From contig DATDZD010000002.1 of the NCBI GenBank assembly GCA_036516895.1, positions 13,769 through 77,768 on the forward strand: 64,000 nt of DNA. The letters run 5' to 3'. The translations under genes and the position numbers were made by a program. Positions 18,647-28,232 of this stretch are shown here, piece by piece (positions within the stretch are counted from its first letter, which is position 1; each line of letters starts with the position of its first letter). The notes beneath the pieces were generated by a model. That model worked only from the letters and a program-made list of their open reading frames with translations. It made no database searches and was not told the DNA's origin. This DNA is from Minisyncoccota bacterium (GTDB lineage: Bacteria > Patescibacteriota > Minisyncoccia > Phycocordibacterales > PALSA-1337).

Positions 18647-20137
18647 ATGATAGAAACCGCAAAAAACTTCATTATTCCTACCGAAATCACATCAATCATT
18701 TACACTCTAGAAAAGAGTGGCTATGAAGCATACCTTATTGGGGGATGTGTGCGGGACCTTCTGCTTGGCAGGGTTCCAAAGGATTGGGATATTACTACAA
18801 ATGCCATTCCAGAAAAAATCATTCCCCTTTTTCAAAAGACTTTTTATGAAAACACTTTTGGAACTGTGGCAATAGTAAATGAATCCGCTATAGACAACAC
18901 ATTAAGGATTGTGGAAGTTACTCCATATCGTCTTGAAAGTGTTTATAGTGACTTCAGACACCCCAATGAAGTCAAGTTCAGTACCAAACTCGAAGATGAC
19001 CTGAAGCGTCGTGATTTCACTATTAACGCCATTGCAATGAGTTTATCCAAAGGCGCAATAAAAGACATAGTTGATCTTTATGGTGGTATAAAGGACATAA
19101 AGGACAGGAATATAGGGACTGTTGGTAATCCTATAGACCGTTTCAATGAAGATGCATTGCGTATGATAAGAGCTGTAAGATTAGCTACTGAACTAGGTTT
19201 CACGATTAACATAGATACAAAAATGGCTATACAGAGCCATAGAAAACTTTTAAACAAAATATCAATTGAGAGAATAAGAGAAGAATTGATAAAGATTATC
19301 ATGTCAAAAGAGCCGAAAAAAGGGCTAGAACTTTTGGAAGAAACGAGACTTTTACAAATAATCGTACCGGAATTACCAAAAGCAAAAGGAATAGAGCAAA
19401 ATCAAGCTCATGCTTATGATGTTTGGGAACATCTATTGAGAACACTTCAACACTCTGCCGACAAAGAATGGCCAGTAGAGATTCGTTTATCTGCTCTATT
19501 CCATGATATTTCAAAGCCAGAAACCCGTCGCTTTTCACGTGAAACTAACCAATATACTTTCTATGGACATGAAGTCGTTGGTTCACATGTAACAAGAACC
19601 ATACTAGAGAGACTCAAATTTCCAAGTAAGACCATAGAAAAAGTAACAAAATTAGTGCGTTGGCATATGTTTTTCTCTGATACAGAAACAATTACACTTT
19701 CAGCAGTAAGAAGAATGGTGAGTAATGTTGGTGTAGATAATATATGGGACCTTATGAACATACGTATTTGTGACCGTATAGGAACAGGTAGACCAAAAGC
19801 AAATCCTTATAGATTACGCAAATACAAAGCCATGATAGAAGAAGCCCTAAGAGACCCTGTGTCTGTATCAATGCTAAAAACTGACGGAAAACATCTTATG
19901 GAGGTTACACATGAAACTCCTGGACCCAAGATAGGATTTATACTACATGCTTTGTTGGAGGAAGTATTAGACAACCCAAATCTTAATACTTCTGAATATT
20001 TAGACAAAAAAGCTATGGAATTAGCCAAATTACCAATAAAAGAACTTGAAACTCTTGGAAAAATAGCAAAAGAAAAAAAAGAAGAAAAGGATATAGAAAA
20101 TATAAGTGAAATAAGAAAAAAGTACCATGTTTCATAA
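18647..20137 (+). CDS. cca: CCA-adding tRNA nucleotidyltransferase / poly(A) polymerase family with a C-terminal HD domain
   Basis: GGCVRDLLLGRVPKDWDITT is the nucleotidyltransferase head motif, the RRDFTINA motif follows, and the HD region is LFHDISKP...YGHEVVGSHV. Confidence 0.8.
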   Translation: MIETAKNFIIPTEITSIIYTLEKSGYEAYLIGGCVRDLLLGRVPKDWDITTNAIPEKIIPLFQKTFYENTFGTVAIVNESAIDNTLRIVEVTPYRLESVYSDFRHPNEVKFSTKLEDDLKRRDFTINAIAMSLSKGAIKDIVDLYGGIKDIKDRNIGTVGNPIDRFNEDALRMIRAVRLATELGFTINIDTKMAIQSHRKLLNKISIERIREELIKIIMSKEPKKGLELLEETRLLQIIVPELPKAKGIEQNQAHAYDVWEHLLRTLQHSADKEWPVEIRLSALFHDISKPETRRFSRETNQYTFYGHEVVGSHVTRTILERLKFPSKTIEKVTKLVRWHMFFSDTETITLSAVRRMVSNVGVDNIWDLMNIRICDRIGTGRPKANPYRLRKYKAMIEEALRDPVSVSMLKTDGKHLMEVTHETPGPKIGFILHALLEEVLDNPNLNTSEYLDKKAMELAKLPIKELETLGKIAKEKKEEKDIENISEIRKKYHVS

Positions 20138-20663
20138 GAAACCGTTTCACATGAAATCACTATAAATCAGTATCTATCTTAAAAAATTGATGGAATAAAC
20201 TAGAACATAGATTTTTGTATATTTTACACAGTATTAGTAAACAAATAAACCGCGTAATTAACGCGGGCATCAGAGGTTACATGATTGATTCCTGCGTATT
20301 TACGCGGTTCTTGTGAAATCATTAAATAGATCTAGAAGGATCATAGAAAAACTGACCTCGGGGTCAACTAAGGGAACAAGCGTATTATCTTGCTAAAAAG
20401 TTAAAAATTTCCCAGAGGGGAATTAATGATTTATGTTTGAGAAGAAATACGCTATAGACCAAAGCTGACAAAGGGTTGTTTTTTCTTTTATGATTTCAAA
20501 AAGCCTACTACCATTGATGACGAAGAACTATGTGTATATCTTTTCTCGGTCGGATATACAATCTGAAGATATTTTATCATTAATAAAAGACATGTAAAGG
20601 ACAGATAATAAAAAATCTGTGGATAACTCTTAGAACAGTTTGATTTTATTTTAAAGATGTCCT

Positions 20664-21467
20664 TTATAAAGAACACTTGAGTATAATTTCAATAGGACAA
20701 TGGTCTGAACCGAAAACATTATCTAAAATCTTGGTGCTACTTACATACTTCAATAGTGGAGAAGTGACAAAGAAATAATCAATTCTCCAACCAACATTTC
20801 TCTCTCTTGAGAAAGTTTTCATATCCCAATAAGTATATTTGTCCTTAAGATTTGGATATAAATGACGAAATACATCAATATAACCATTATTCAAAACTTG
20901 ATCAATCCACGCTCTTTCTATAGGCAAAAATCCTGTATTATCTTTATTTTCTTTTGGTCTAGCTAGGTCTATTTCGTTATGAGCAGTATTTGTATCTCCA
21001 CAAAATATTATTTCGTAGCCATTTCTCTTGTGTCTATTTATATATTTTAAAAATTCATCATAAAAATTTAACTTATATTCGAGTCGTTCTGGACACCCAC
21101 CACCATTTGGGAAATAGGTATTTATGATTAAGATTTTATTTGAACCAGAGAGCAAAGAACCCTTTTTGAAGAATAGACCTAGAAATCGTCCTTCTTGGTC
21201 ATATTCTTCAATTCCAAAACCATATTCAACTCTTTCCGGCTTAACTTTTGTATATACAGCTACTCCACTATATCCTTTTCTACCCTTTGAATGGTCAAAA
21301 TATCCATAATATCCGTAGGGATTACATATGCCTTCTTCTAACTGTTCTGGGTGAGCTTTTGTTTCTTGAATACAATAAACATCTGGTGACTCTTGTAAAA
21401 ACCAATCAAATCCGCCCTTTTTAACATTTGCTCGCAAACCATTTACATTCCAAGAGATAATTTTCAT
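20664..21467 (-). CDS. xth: Exodeoxyribonuclease III (AP endonuclease, EEP family)
   Basis: MKIISWNVNGLRANVKKG...YCIQETKAHPEQL and a C-terminal SDHCPIE are the Xth/APE1 family signatures. Confidence 0.85.
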   Translation of the reverse strand: MKIISWNVNGLRANVKKGGFDWFLQESPDVYCIQETKAHPEQLEEGICNPYGYYGYFDHSKGRKGYSGVAVYTKVKPERVEYGFGIEEYDQEGRFLGLFFKKGSLLSGSNKILIINTYFPNGGGCPERLEYKLNFYDEFLKYINRHKRNGYEIIFCGDTNTAHNEIDLARPKENKDNTGFLPIERAWIDQVLNNGYIDVFRHLYPNLKDKYTYWDMKTFSRERNVGWRIDYFFVTSPLLKYVSSTKILDNVFGSDHCPIEIILKCSL

Positions 21468-21609
21468 GAAATCATTGTAACAAATCTAGAGATATTAAGG
21501 TAATTCAGAAACACCGAGTTCAACAATCAATCGCAACACTTGTAGTAGAATCCAAGTATCATGCAAAAAATCAAATATAGAAGATTGGTAGCGACGAGAT
21601 TGTCTTGAC

Positions 21610-22536
21610 CTACTTTCTTTTATTATGAAACTCCTTATGAATCTTCTTGAGTTGGCTATCGGTCACATGTGTATAAATTTGTGTCGTTCCTATATTTGCA
21701 TGTCCCAAAAGCATTTGGACAGAGCGGAGGTCTGCTCCATTTGATAATAAATCTGTCGCAAAAAGATGACGTAAAACATGAGGAGTCACTTTTTTTGAAA
21801 TACCAGCTTTTATGGCATGCTGTTTGACTATTCTCTCAATGGAACGACGAGAAAGAGCTGGCTCATTTCTCTCTGTGTTATTTTCCCTATCTCCCGTTTT
21901 TACGAAAAGAGCATCATTGATATCAGTTCTTCTATCTAAATATTTTTTTATTGCACTTTTAGCTTCTGTAGAAAGAAAAACTACTCTTATTTTTTCACCT
22001 TTACCTCTAATAGAGAGCTCGTCTAATTTCAAATCAATATCTCTAGACAGAGAACAAAGTTCCGAAACGCGCAAGCCAGTAGAAAATAGTAGCTCTAAAA
22101 TAGCTTTATCTCGCAATGCCTTCAAATCATTGCCATCTGAAGTATTGAGAAGTCGCTTCAGTTCATCAGAAGAAATAAGATCCAGGGCGCGCTCTCCTAC
22201 CTTTGCCAACTCTATATATTCTGGAGAAAGTGTTTTTATGCCTCTTTTTGCGATGTATTTGAGAAAAGCACGCAAGGCAATAAGATGATAATTCTGCGTT
22301 TTTTTCTTGAGAGTCTCTCCTGTAGCTCTATTGTTTCCTCCTGATTGTCTATTTAGCCATAGACGATAGTTGCGCACTATATTTTCAGTAATATCATTGG
22401 TATCTTTTATACAAGCATGGTCAATAAAACGGGTGAGATAGTGGTCATAATTTTCAACAGTTTTGACGGCTCGTCCTTTTTCTATTTCAATATATTCAAG
22501 AAATTCTTGCTTCAAGTCTTTAATATTGTGCGACAT
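21610..22536 (-). CDS. Tyrosine site-specific recombinase (XerC/XerD-like)
   Basis: The C-terminal catalytic region HVLRHLFATDLLSNGADLRSVQMLLGHANIGTTQIYTHV carries the R..HxxR..Y pattern. The start is chosen at the internal Met MSHNIKDL. Confidence 0.8.
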   Translation of the reverse strand: MSHNIKDLKQEFLEYIEIEKGRAVKTVENYDHYLTRFIDHACIKDTNDITENIVRNYRLWLNRQSGGNNRATGETLKKKTQNYHLIALRAFLKYIAKRGIKTLSPEYIELAKVGERALDLISSDELKRLLNTSDGNDLKALRDKAILELLFSTGLRVSELCSLSRDIDLKLDELSIRGKGEKIRVVFLSTEAKSAIKKYLDRRTDINDALFVKTGDRENNTERNEPALSRRSIERIVKQHAIKAGISKKVTPHVLRHLFATDLLSNGADLRSVQMLLGHANIGTTQIYTHVTDSQLKKIHKEFHNKRK

Positions 22537-22591
22537 GCTATTATTGTAACAAACTTGCAATATAAAGCTATTCGTGCTATTATCCTTCATC

Positions 22592-22858
22592 ATGCTGACA
22601 ACAAGACAGAAAGCGAATGTCATAAAAACATCTGCAATTCATGATAAAGACACGGGGTCTCCCGAGGTTCAAATTTCTATTTTGACAAGAAGGATTGAAG
22701 AATTGGCAGGACATTTGAAGAAACACAAGAAAGACAACCATTCAAGACGCGGACTTCTAGCTATGGTAGCAGATCGCCAAACCCACATGAATTATTTGAA
22801 GAAAAAGCATCCAAAACGCTATTCGTCTATTGCAAAAAAGCTTGACCTTAAAAAATAG
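22592..22858 (+). CDS. rpsO: 30S ribosomal protein S15
   Basis: MLTTRQKANVIKTSAIHDKDTGSPEVQISILTRRIEELAGHLKKHKKDNHSRRGLLAMVADR. The GSPEVQ and HSRRGLL motifs are diagnostic. Confidence 0.85.
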   Translation: MLTTRQKANVIKTSAIHDKDTGSPEVQISILTRRIEELAGHLKKHKKDNHSRRGLLAMVADRQTHMNYLKKKHPKRYSSIAKKLDLKK

Positions 22859-22981
22859 GAGTGGAGATGAATAGAAAATCATTAAGTGGTGCGGATTAGT
22901 AGAATTATTAAGGAATTTAATAATAGTAAATGCTATACTTAACATGTAGCATGTATTTTTAATAAGTAATAATATTTACAT

Positions 22982-23557
22982 ATGTCAGTTATCAAACATA
23001 AAGAACAAAGAGTTGGAGTTTTTATAGATACGCAAAACATTTATCATAGTGGAAAAAATCTCTATCATTCAAAAGTCAACTTTGGACAGATAGTCAAAGA
23101 CGCTCTGGATGGCAGGTCTCTTATTCGCGCTGTGGCGTATGTCATAACAACGGAAGCAGGAGACGAGAAAGGATTTTTTGATGCTCTTACTAAAATGGGT
23201 ATTGAAACAAAGACAAAAGACCTTCAGATTTTTGGAAGTGGAGCGAAAAAAGCCGATTGGGATGTGGGACTTGCCATAGACGCTGTGAAATTGGCGCCGA
23301 AACTTGACGCAGTCATACTTGTTACGGGGGACGGAGACTTCATACCGCTCGTGGAGTATCTTCAGATGAATCAAGGTTGCCAGGTGGAAGTAGTTTCTTT
23401 TGGAAAATCAACTTCAGCCAAACTTATTGAGGTAGCGGATGACTTTATTGACCTTGACCAAAACGCCAGGAAATATCTCATAGGAAGTCAGACTACATTC
23501 AGAGGAAAGGGAAGAAATGGAGTAAAGCAGGAAAAAATTGAAGAAAAAACTGTGTAG
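22982..23557 (+). CDS. NYN/LabA-like (PIN-like nuclease fold) domain protein
   Basis: VGVFIDTQNIYHS...LVTGDGDFIPLVEYLQ pattern typical of LabA/NYN (DUF88). Confidence 0.65.
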   Translation: MSVIKHKEQRVGVFIDTQNIYHSGKNLYHSKVNFGQIVKDALDGRSLIRAVAYVITTEAGDEKGFFDALTKMGIETKTKDLQIFGSGAKKADWDVGLAIDAVKLAPKLDAVILVTGDGDFIPLVEYLQMNQGCQVEVVSFGKSTSAKLIEVADDFIDLDQNARKYLIGSQTTFRGKGRNGVKQEKIEEKTV

Positions 23558-23561
23558 TAAA

Positions 23562-23659
23562 TAAAATCATGCGAGCATGCGGGGAGGAAACCCTATTTTT
23601 TCGAACCTGAGAGACAAAAATAAGTGCTTCCGACCGAAAGTAGGCGAGCTGATTTTACC
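23562..23659 (-). repeat. Intergenic palindromic repeat, family copy D in reverse orientation
   Basis: The reverse complement reads GGTAAAATCAGCTCGCCTACTTTCGGTCGGAAGCACTTATTTTTGTCTC...CCCCGCATGCTCGCATGATTTTAT. It lies between the NYN gene stop and the next gene start. Confidence 0.55.
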
Positions 23660-23670
23660 AAGATAAAAAA

Positions 23671-24705
23671 ATGAATGAAGATATATTTAATAAACAAAAT
23701 ATACCAAATATCCCATTACAAACTCCTCCGGAGATTCCTGCAAAGACTATTCCTACCCAAGAATCAATACGCACATATGAAAGCGATATGGCTAAAGTCT
23801 TGATGCAGAAAAAAGCTTCTGCTGTCACGATAGCTATAGCTGAAAATAAAAAAAAAGAGGGCGGAGAAAGCATATCAAACGCTCCAGAAAAAAATCGCGC
23901 GAAACAAGTCTTGATGATACTTATGAGCATAATATTCATAAGTGGGGGAGTTGTGGGAGCATATTATCTTTATCTTCAGAGTCCTTTTGCAAAACCTACT
24001 CCAATACCAAAACCACTTTCTGCTGTGAGTATTATCCCTTCTGATAAACAAGTAGATTTTAATATAAGCAACATTCCTGATAAAGGAATACTTGCGCAGA
24101 TATATCCGCAATTTAGTAGAAATATTTTACCCGCGGGACAAATATTGGAATTAATTATCAAAGAAAAAAGTGCTATACAAACACAAAATGGGGCGCAAGA
24201 CACGGATTCAGAAAAATCTCTGAATAAAATAACTGGGTCATCTTTCATAAAAAAGAGTGGCATAGACATGCCAGATATTTTACTTAGGTCAATAACAGAT
24301 AGATGGATGATAGGAGCATATGCGGAAGAGAGCGGGAGTAAAACTCCATTTGTAGTTTTCACAACAGATTTTTTTCAAAATGCTTTTGCGGGAATGCTAG
24401 CGTGGGAAGATTCCATGGCTGATGATTTATCCGTCATGCTAAATTATAAAGAAAAAGCGAGAAATATGGAAAGGATATTGGAGATAGACGCTTCTTCAAC
24501 ACCGATTTCATCGTATTTTAATATACAAGGGCAATTTATTGATAAACAAATACATAATCGAGATGTGAGAGAATTCATAAGCAGTGGAGGTGAGTTGTTG
24601 TTTCTATATTCTTTTATTGATAAAGAAACCTTCATAATGACTACAACGGAAACCTCTTTATCTGCAAGTATTGACCGTATTGAAAAGCAAACCTATGTAA
24701 GGTAG
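23671..24705 (+). CDS. Hypothetical membrane-anchored protein (single TM after a Pro-rich N-terminus)
   Basis: 344 aa with a TM segment LMILMSIIFISGGVVGAYYLYL. No recognisable family. Confidence 0.45.
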   Translation: MNEDIFNKQNIPNIPLQTPPEIPAKTIPTQESIRTYESDMAKVLMQKKASAVTIAIAENKKKEGGESISNAPEKNRAKQVLMILMSIIFISGGVVGAYYLYLQSPFAKPTPIPKPLSAVSIIPSDKQVDFNISNIPDKGILAQIYPQFSRNILPAGQILELIIKEKSAIQTQNGAQDTDSEKSLNKITGSSFIKKSGIDMPDILLRSITDRWMIGAYAEESGSKTPFVVFTTDFFQNAFAGMLAWEDSMADDLSVMLNYKEKARNMERILEIDASSTPISSYFNIQGQFIDKQIHNRDVREFISSGGELLFLYSFIDKETFIMTTTETSLSASIDRIEKQTYVR

Positions 24706-24714
24706 AATAAGTTT

Positions 24715-25077
24715 ATGAATAAAAAAGACATTCAATATTTCAAAAACAAACTAGAAAAAGAAAAACGGCTTCTTGAAGACGAACTTGGCACTATTGGCAA
24801 GGCAAATTCTGAAAGTCCAAGCGGTTGGGAAGTAACCGCAGGCAAAATAGAAGTTGACAGCGCTGATGAAAACGAAACCGCCGACAAAATGGAAGAAATG
24901 GAAGAAAATGAACTTATCTTTGGTCAACTAGAGAAACAATTGAGTGAAATAAAGTACGCTTTAGAACGCATTGAGAAAGGTGCTTACGGCATATGTGAAA
25001 TATCAGGTAAACCGATTGAGAAAGACCGTTTAGAGGCAAATCCTTCGGCCAGAACTTGCAAGCAACATATGAAGTAG
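24715..25077 (+). CDS. DksA/TraR family C4-type zinc-finger protein
   Basis: Coiled-coil N-terminus with a C-terminal CEISGKPIEKDRLEANPSARTCKQH four-Cys zinc finger. Confidence 0.6.
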   Translation: MNKKDIQYFKNKLEKEKRLLEDELGTIGKANSESPSGWEVTAGKIEVDSADENETADKMEEMEENELIFGQLEKQLSEIKYALERIEKGAYGICEISGKPIEKDRLEANPSARTCKQHMK

Positions 25078-25145
25078 TAAGGATTATAATATAAATACTT
25101 CTGTCGCCTTATTTACAAAATACAATTTCTGTCTTCTAAAGTAAG

Positions 25146-25200
25146 ATTTTATCAAAATTTTAAAACTTTTTTATCAGAATTTTATCTCGGTCTGCTAGAG
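25146..25200 (+). promoter_or_regulatory. Conserved roughly 55 bp motif (ATTTTATCAAAATTTTA...TTTATCTCGGTYTG.TA) upstream of comM, shared with the region upstream of the gene at 53580
   Basis: Two copies, at 25146-25200 and 53481-53535, align with about 40 of 52 identities. This includes an identical 17-mer and a 15/17 match over TTTATCTCGGT. Confidence 0.35.
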
Positions 25201-25207
25201 TGGGAGA

Positions 25208-26770
25208 ATGAGCGTATCAAAAACATATAGTGCACAACTTTCTGGTCTTAAGACTCATATAGTAACTATAGAAGTGGACCTTTCAAATGGTCTTCATGCT
25301 TTTGTCATAGTCGGACTTGGAGATAAAGCAGTTGAAGAAGCGAAAGACCGTATTTCAGCGGGAATAAAAAATAGTGGATATATTTCACCAAAACAAAAAA
25401 ATCAAAAGGTTGTAATATCTCTTGCTCCTGCCGACCTTAGAAAAGAAGGACCTTCTTTTGACCTTGGCATGGCTCTTTGTTATCTCAAAGCAAGTGGAGA
25501 TATTAATTTTGATGCTGAAAAGAAACTTTTTCTTGGAGAGCTTTCTCTTGAAGGTCAGTTGAGAAAAATAAGCGGAGTGCTTCCTCTAGTCAAAGGAGCT
25601 TATGAAAAAGGATTTAGAGAAATATTTCTTCCTAAAGAAAATGCAATGGAAGCTGGGTTAGTGAAGGGTGTGACCATATATGCTGTTTGTAGTCTAGATG
25701 AAACAATAGGACATCTTATAAATCGGAAAAATGGTTTTATCAAAGCGTATCCGCCAACAAAAATCCTATACGAAAAACAGTCTTTTGATACTGATTTCTC
25801 TTTTATCCAAGGACAAGAAACTGCCAAACGAGGTTTAGAGATAGCAGCGGCGGGCGGACACAATATCGCCATGTATGGACCGCCGGGAACTGGAAAAACA
25901 ATGCTTGCCAGAGCATTTCAGACCATATTGCCTCCATTGAACCATGAAGAAATCCTAGAGGTTACAAGCATACATTCACTGGCGCGTATCTTGGACAAGC
26001 CGTTTATAACTTATCCGCCGTTTAGGTCTCCACATCACACATCCTCATATGCATCTCTAGTGGGAGGAGGACCATTCCCCAAGCCAGGAGAAATAACTCT
26101 GGCTCACCGCGGAGTGCTTTTTCTTGATGAATTTCCAGAATTTGACAGAAACGCCATTGATGCTCTGCGCCAACCACTTGAAGACCATTTCATTACAATT
26201 TCTAGAATAAAAGGCGTCATAGCCTTTCCCGCTCAATGTATTCTAATAGCCAGTATGAATCCCTGTCCTTGCGGGTATGGAAAAGAAAAGGGATGTTTGT
26301 GTACAGACAAAGACATAACTCGTTATAGAAGAAAAATATCAGGACCTATTATTGACCGTATAGACTTATGGGTTTCTGTATCAAAGGTGGAATATCAAAA
26401 ACTTGCAGGTCCCTACAAAGATTCTTCAATTAGTCCTTCCAAAAATTCCACAGAATTAAGCCGTGATTCCGAATCAATAAGAAAAAGAGTTTTAATAGCT
26501 CGCAAATCTCAAAAAAGAAGATTCGTAAGTAAAAAAATAACTAACAAGAGAATAAATGGCGAAATGAGTGTTTCCGATATTGAAAAATGTATCACTTTGT
26601 CTATTGATATAAGAAATCTTCTTACCACTTCTGCAGAAAAATTGTCCTTATCGGGCAGAGCATTTCATCGTGTCATAAAAGTGTCTCGGACAATAGCGGA
26701 TTTGGAAGGTGATAAAGAAATTAAAAAAGAGCATATTTTAGAAGCACTTCAATACAGGCAGAAGTTCTAG
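25208..26770 (+). CDS. comM: YifB/ComM family Mg-chelatase-like AAA+ ATPase
   Basis: N-terminal Lon-like domain (THIVTIEVDLSNGLHAFVIVGLGD), Walker A GPPGTGKTMLA, Walker B LFLDEFPEF, and the C-terminal ChlI-like domain. Confidence 0.85.
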   Translation: MSVSKTYSAQLSGLKTHIVTIEVDLSNGLHAFVIVGLGDKAVEEAKDRISAGIKNSGYISPKQKNQKVVISLAPADLRKEGPSFDLGMALCYLKASGDINFDAEKKLFLGELSLEGQLRKISGVLPLVKGAYEKGFREIFLPKENAMEAGLVKGVTIYAVCSLDETIGHLINRKNGFIKAYPPTKILYEKQSFDTDFSFIQGQETAKRGLEIAAAGGHNIAMYGPPGTGKTMLARAFQTILPPLNHEEILEVTSIHSLARILDKPFITYPPFRSPHHTSSYASLVGGGPFPKPGEITLAHRGVLFLDEFPEFDRNAIDALRQPLEDHFITISRIKGVIAFPAQCILIASMNPCPCGYGKEKGCLCTDKDITRYRRKISGPIIDRIDLWVSVSKVEYQKLAGPYKDSSISPSKNSTELSRDSESIRKRVLIARKSQKRRFVSKKITNKRINGEMSVSDIEKCITLSIDIRNLLTTSAEKLSLSGRAFHRVIKVSRTIADLEGDKEIKKEHILEALQYRQKF

Positions 26771-26794
26771 TAAAATCGTAAAAAATATCATCTA

Positions 26795-26966
26795 GGTAAA
26801 ATCGGCTCGCTTACTTGCGGTCGGAAGCACTTATTTTTGTCTCGCAAGCTCAAAAAAATAAATCTTCCTCCTTACAGGAGCGGTACACCTTTCGCATTTG
26901 ATTACAAATGCTCAAGGTCTTGCGAAAGCTTCGCTTTCTCACCCCGCAAGCTCGCACGATTTTACT
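26795..26966 (+). repeat. Intergenic palindromic repeat, family copy B (about 172 bp, carries an internal insertion)
   Basis: GGTAAAATCGGCTCGCTTACTTGCGGTCGGAAGCACTTATTTTTGTCTCGCAAGCTC...CCCGCAAGCTCGCACGATTTTACTT. It lies between the convergent comM and M23 peptidase genes. Confidence 0.6.
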
Positions 26967-26977
26967 TAATTTAGATT

Positions 26978-28054
26978 CTAGAACGGATTCTTGGCTCCGC
27001 GGATTTCAAAGTGCACATGAGGACCAGTAGTCTTGCCGGTTATACCTAACTTTGCAATCATATCTCCTTTTTCCACTCTTTGACCTACAGAGACTAGATT
27101 TGTAGAGTTATGTGCATAGAGAGTCTGTGTGCCATTTGGGTGTGAAATAACAACATAGTTTCCATAACCACCGTGCCAAGAACCATCTGATGTGCTAACA
27201 ATTACTACACCACCAGCTGAAGCGTATATAGGAGTTCCAACAGGAGCGGCGAGGTCAACACCATTATATCCATGAATACTCTGTGATTTCCTTCCAACAT
27301 AAACAGGACGCATATAATACCCAACATATGAAGGAACTTTTGAAGAGACATTTACAGACGAAGATTTGGTATCGTAAGTCGGTTCAGCATCTGGAACAAT
27401 GATTACATCTCCTTCTGCTATGACTGAATTGATAGACAGATTATTGTATTCTAAGATTTCATCAATGTCCGCTTTATATTTTGCCACAATACCCTTTATC
27501 GTATCTCCCTTCTTAACAATATGTTTTATGCCTGAAATAGGAAGAATAACCAAGGTTTGACCTTCTTTTATAGTCTTGTTTTTTCCTAGGTCGTTGGCCC
27601 AAACAATAGTATTGACTGAAACATCAAACATATTGGCTATTTCAGAAAGAGTATCTCCGGAACGCACAATATAAATGCTAATCTGCGTATTTATTGGATT
27701 TTCTATATCAGAAATAGTGCCAGAGGGACCAATTTCGGCTAAAAATATGTTCTCTGAAGCTGAAATGCGTTGTTCGTTTGGAATATTTGGATGAGGATTG
27801 CTATTTAAAGCGGCTTTGAGAACAGTCATGTTTTGAGAATTTGGAGCATCTTGAATGTCAAAAGTCTTAGCTGACGCTTTATCTGTAGCCATATCAGAAA
27901 TAAAAGAAAAAAGACTGGCATTTGCAGTCTGTGGATAAAAAAGTGGCAAAATTATTATAAAAAAAGCAATAAACAGCTCTTTGGAGAGATTTATGGACGA
28001 ATATGTATTTTGGGAAAATGTATAACGAAAAAATTTCATAACAAAAATAGCCAT
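26978..28054 (-). CDS. LysM-domain M23 family metallopeptidase
   Basis: Two LysM repeats (YIVRSGDTLSEIANMF..., HIVKKGDTIKGIVAKY...) plus the M23 catalytic region HGYNGVDLAAP...GPHVHFEIR. Confidence 0.85.
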   Translation of the reverse strand: MAIFVMKFFRYTFSQNTYSSINLSKELFIAFFIIILPLFYPQTANASLFSFISDMATDKASAKTFDIQDAPNSQNMTVLKAALNSNPHPNIPNEQRISASENIFLAEIGPSGTISDIENPINTQISIYIVRSGDTLSEIANMFDVSVNTIVWANDLGKNKTIKEGQTLVILPISGIKHIVKKGDTIKGIVAKYKADIDEILEYNNLSINSVIAEGDVIIVPDAEPTYDTKSSSVNVSSKVPSYVGYYMRPVYVGRKSQSIHGYNGVDLAAPVGTPIYASAGGVVIVSTSDGSWHGGYGNYVVISHPNGTQTLYAHNSTNLVSVGQRVEKGDMIAKLGITGKTTGPHVHFEIRGAKNPF

Positions 28055-28232
28055 TCGGCAATATCTGAAGGTCGTTTATTAAACGAAAAGGAAATGCGGA
28101 AATTTCTGTGTATGGCTCTATTGAGCCATATTTGTATCTCTATTTAATGAGATACACAATCAGGTTACTGGAAGATGACAATAAAGTCAATGAGGGTGGT
28201 GGATAGACAAAACTGTGCTATAGTGTTCTTGC

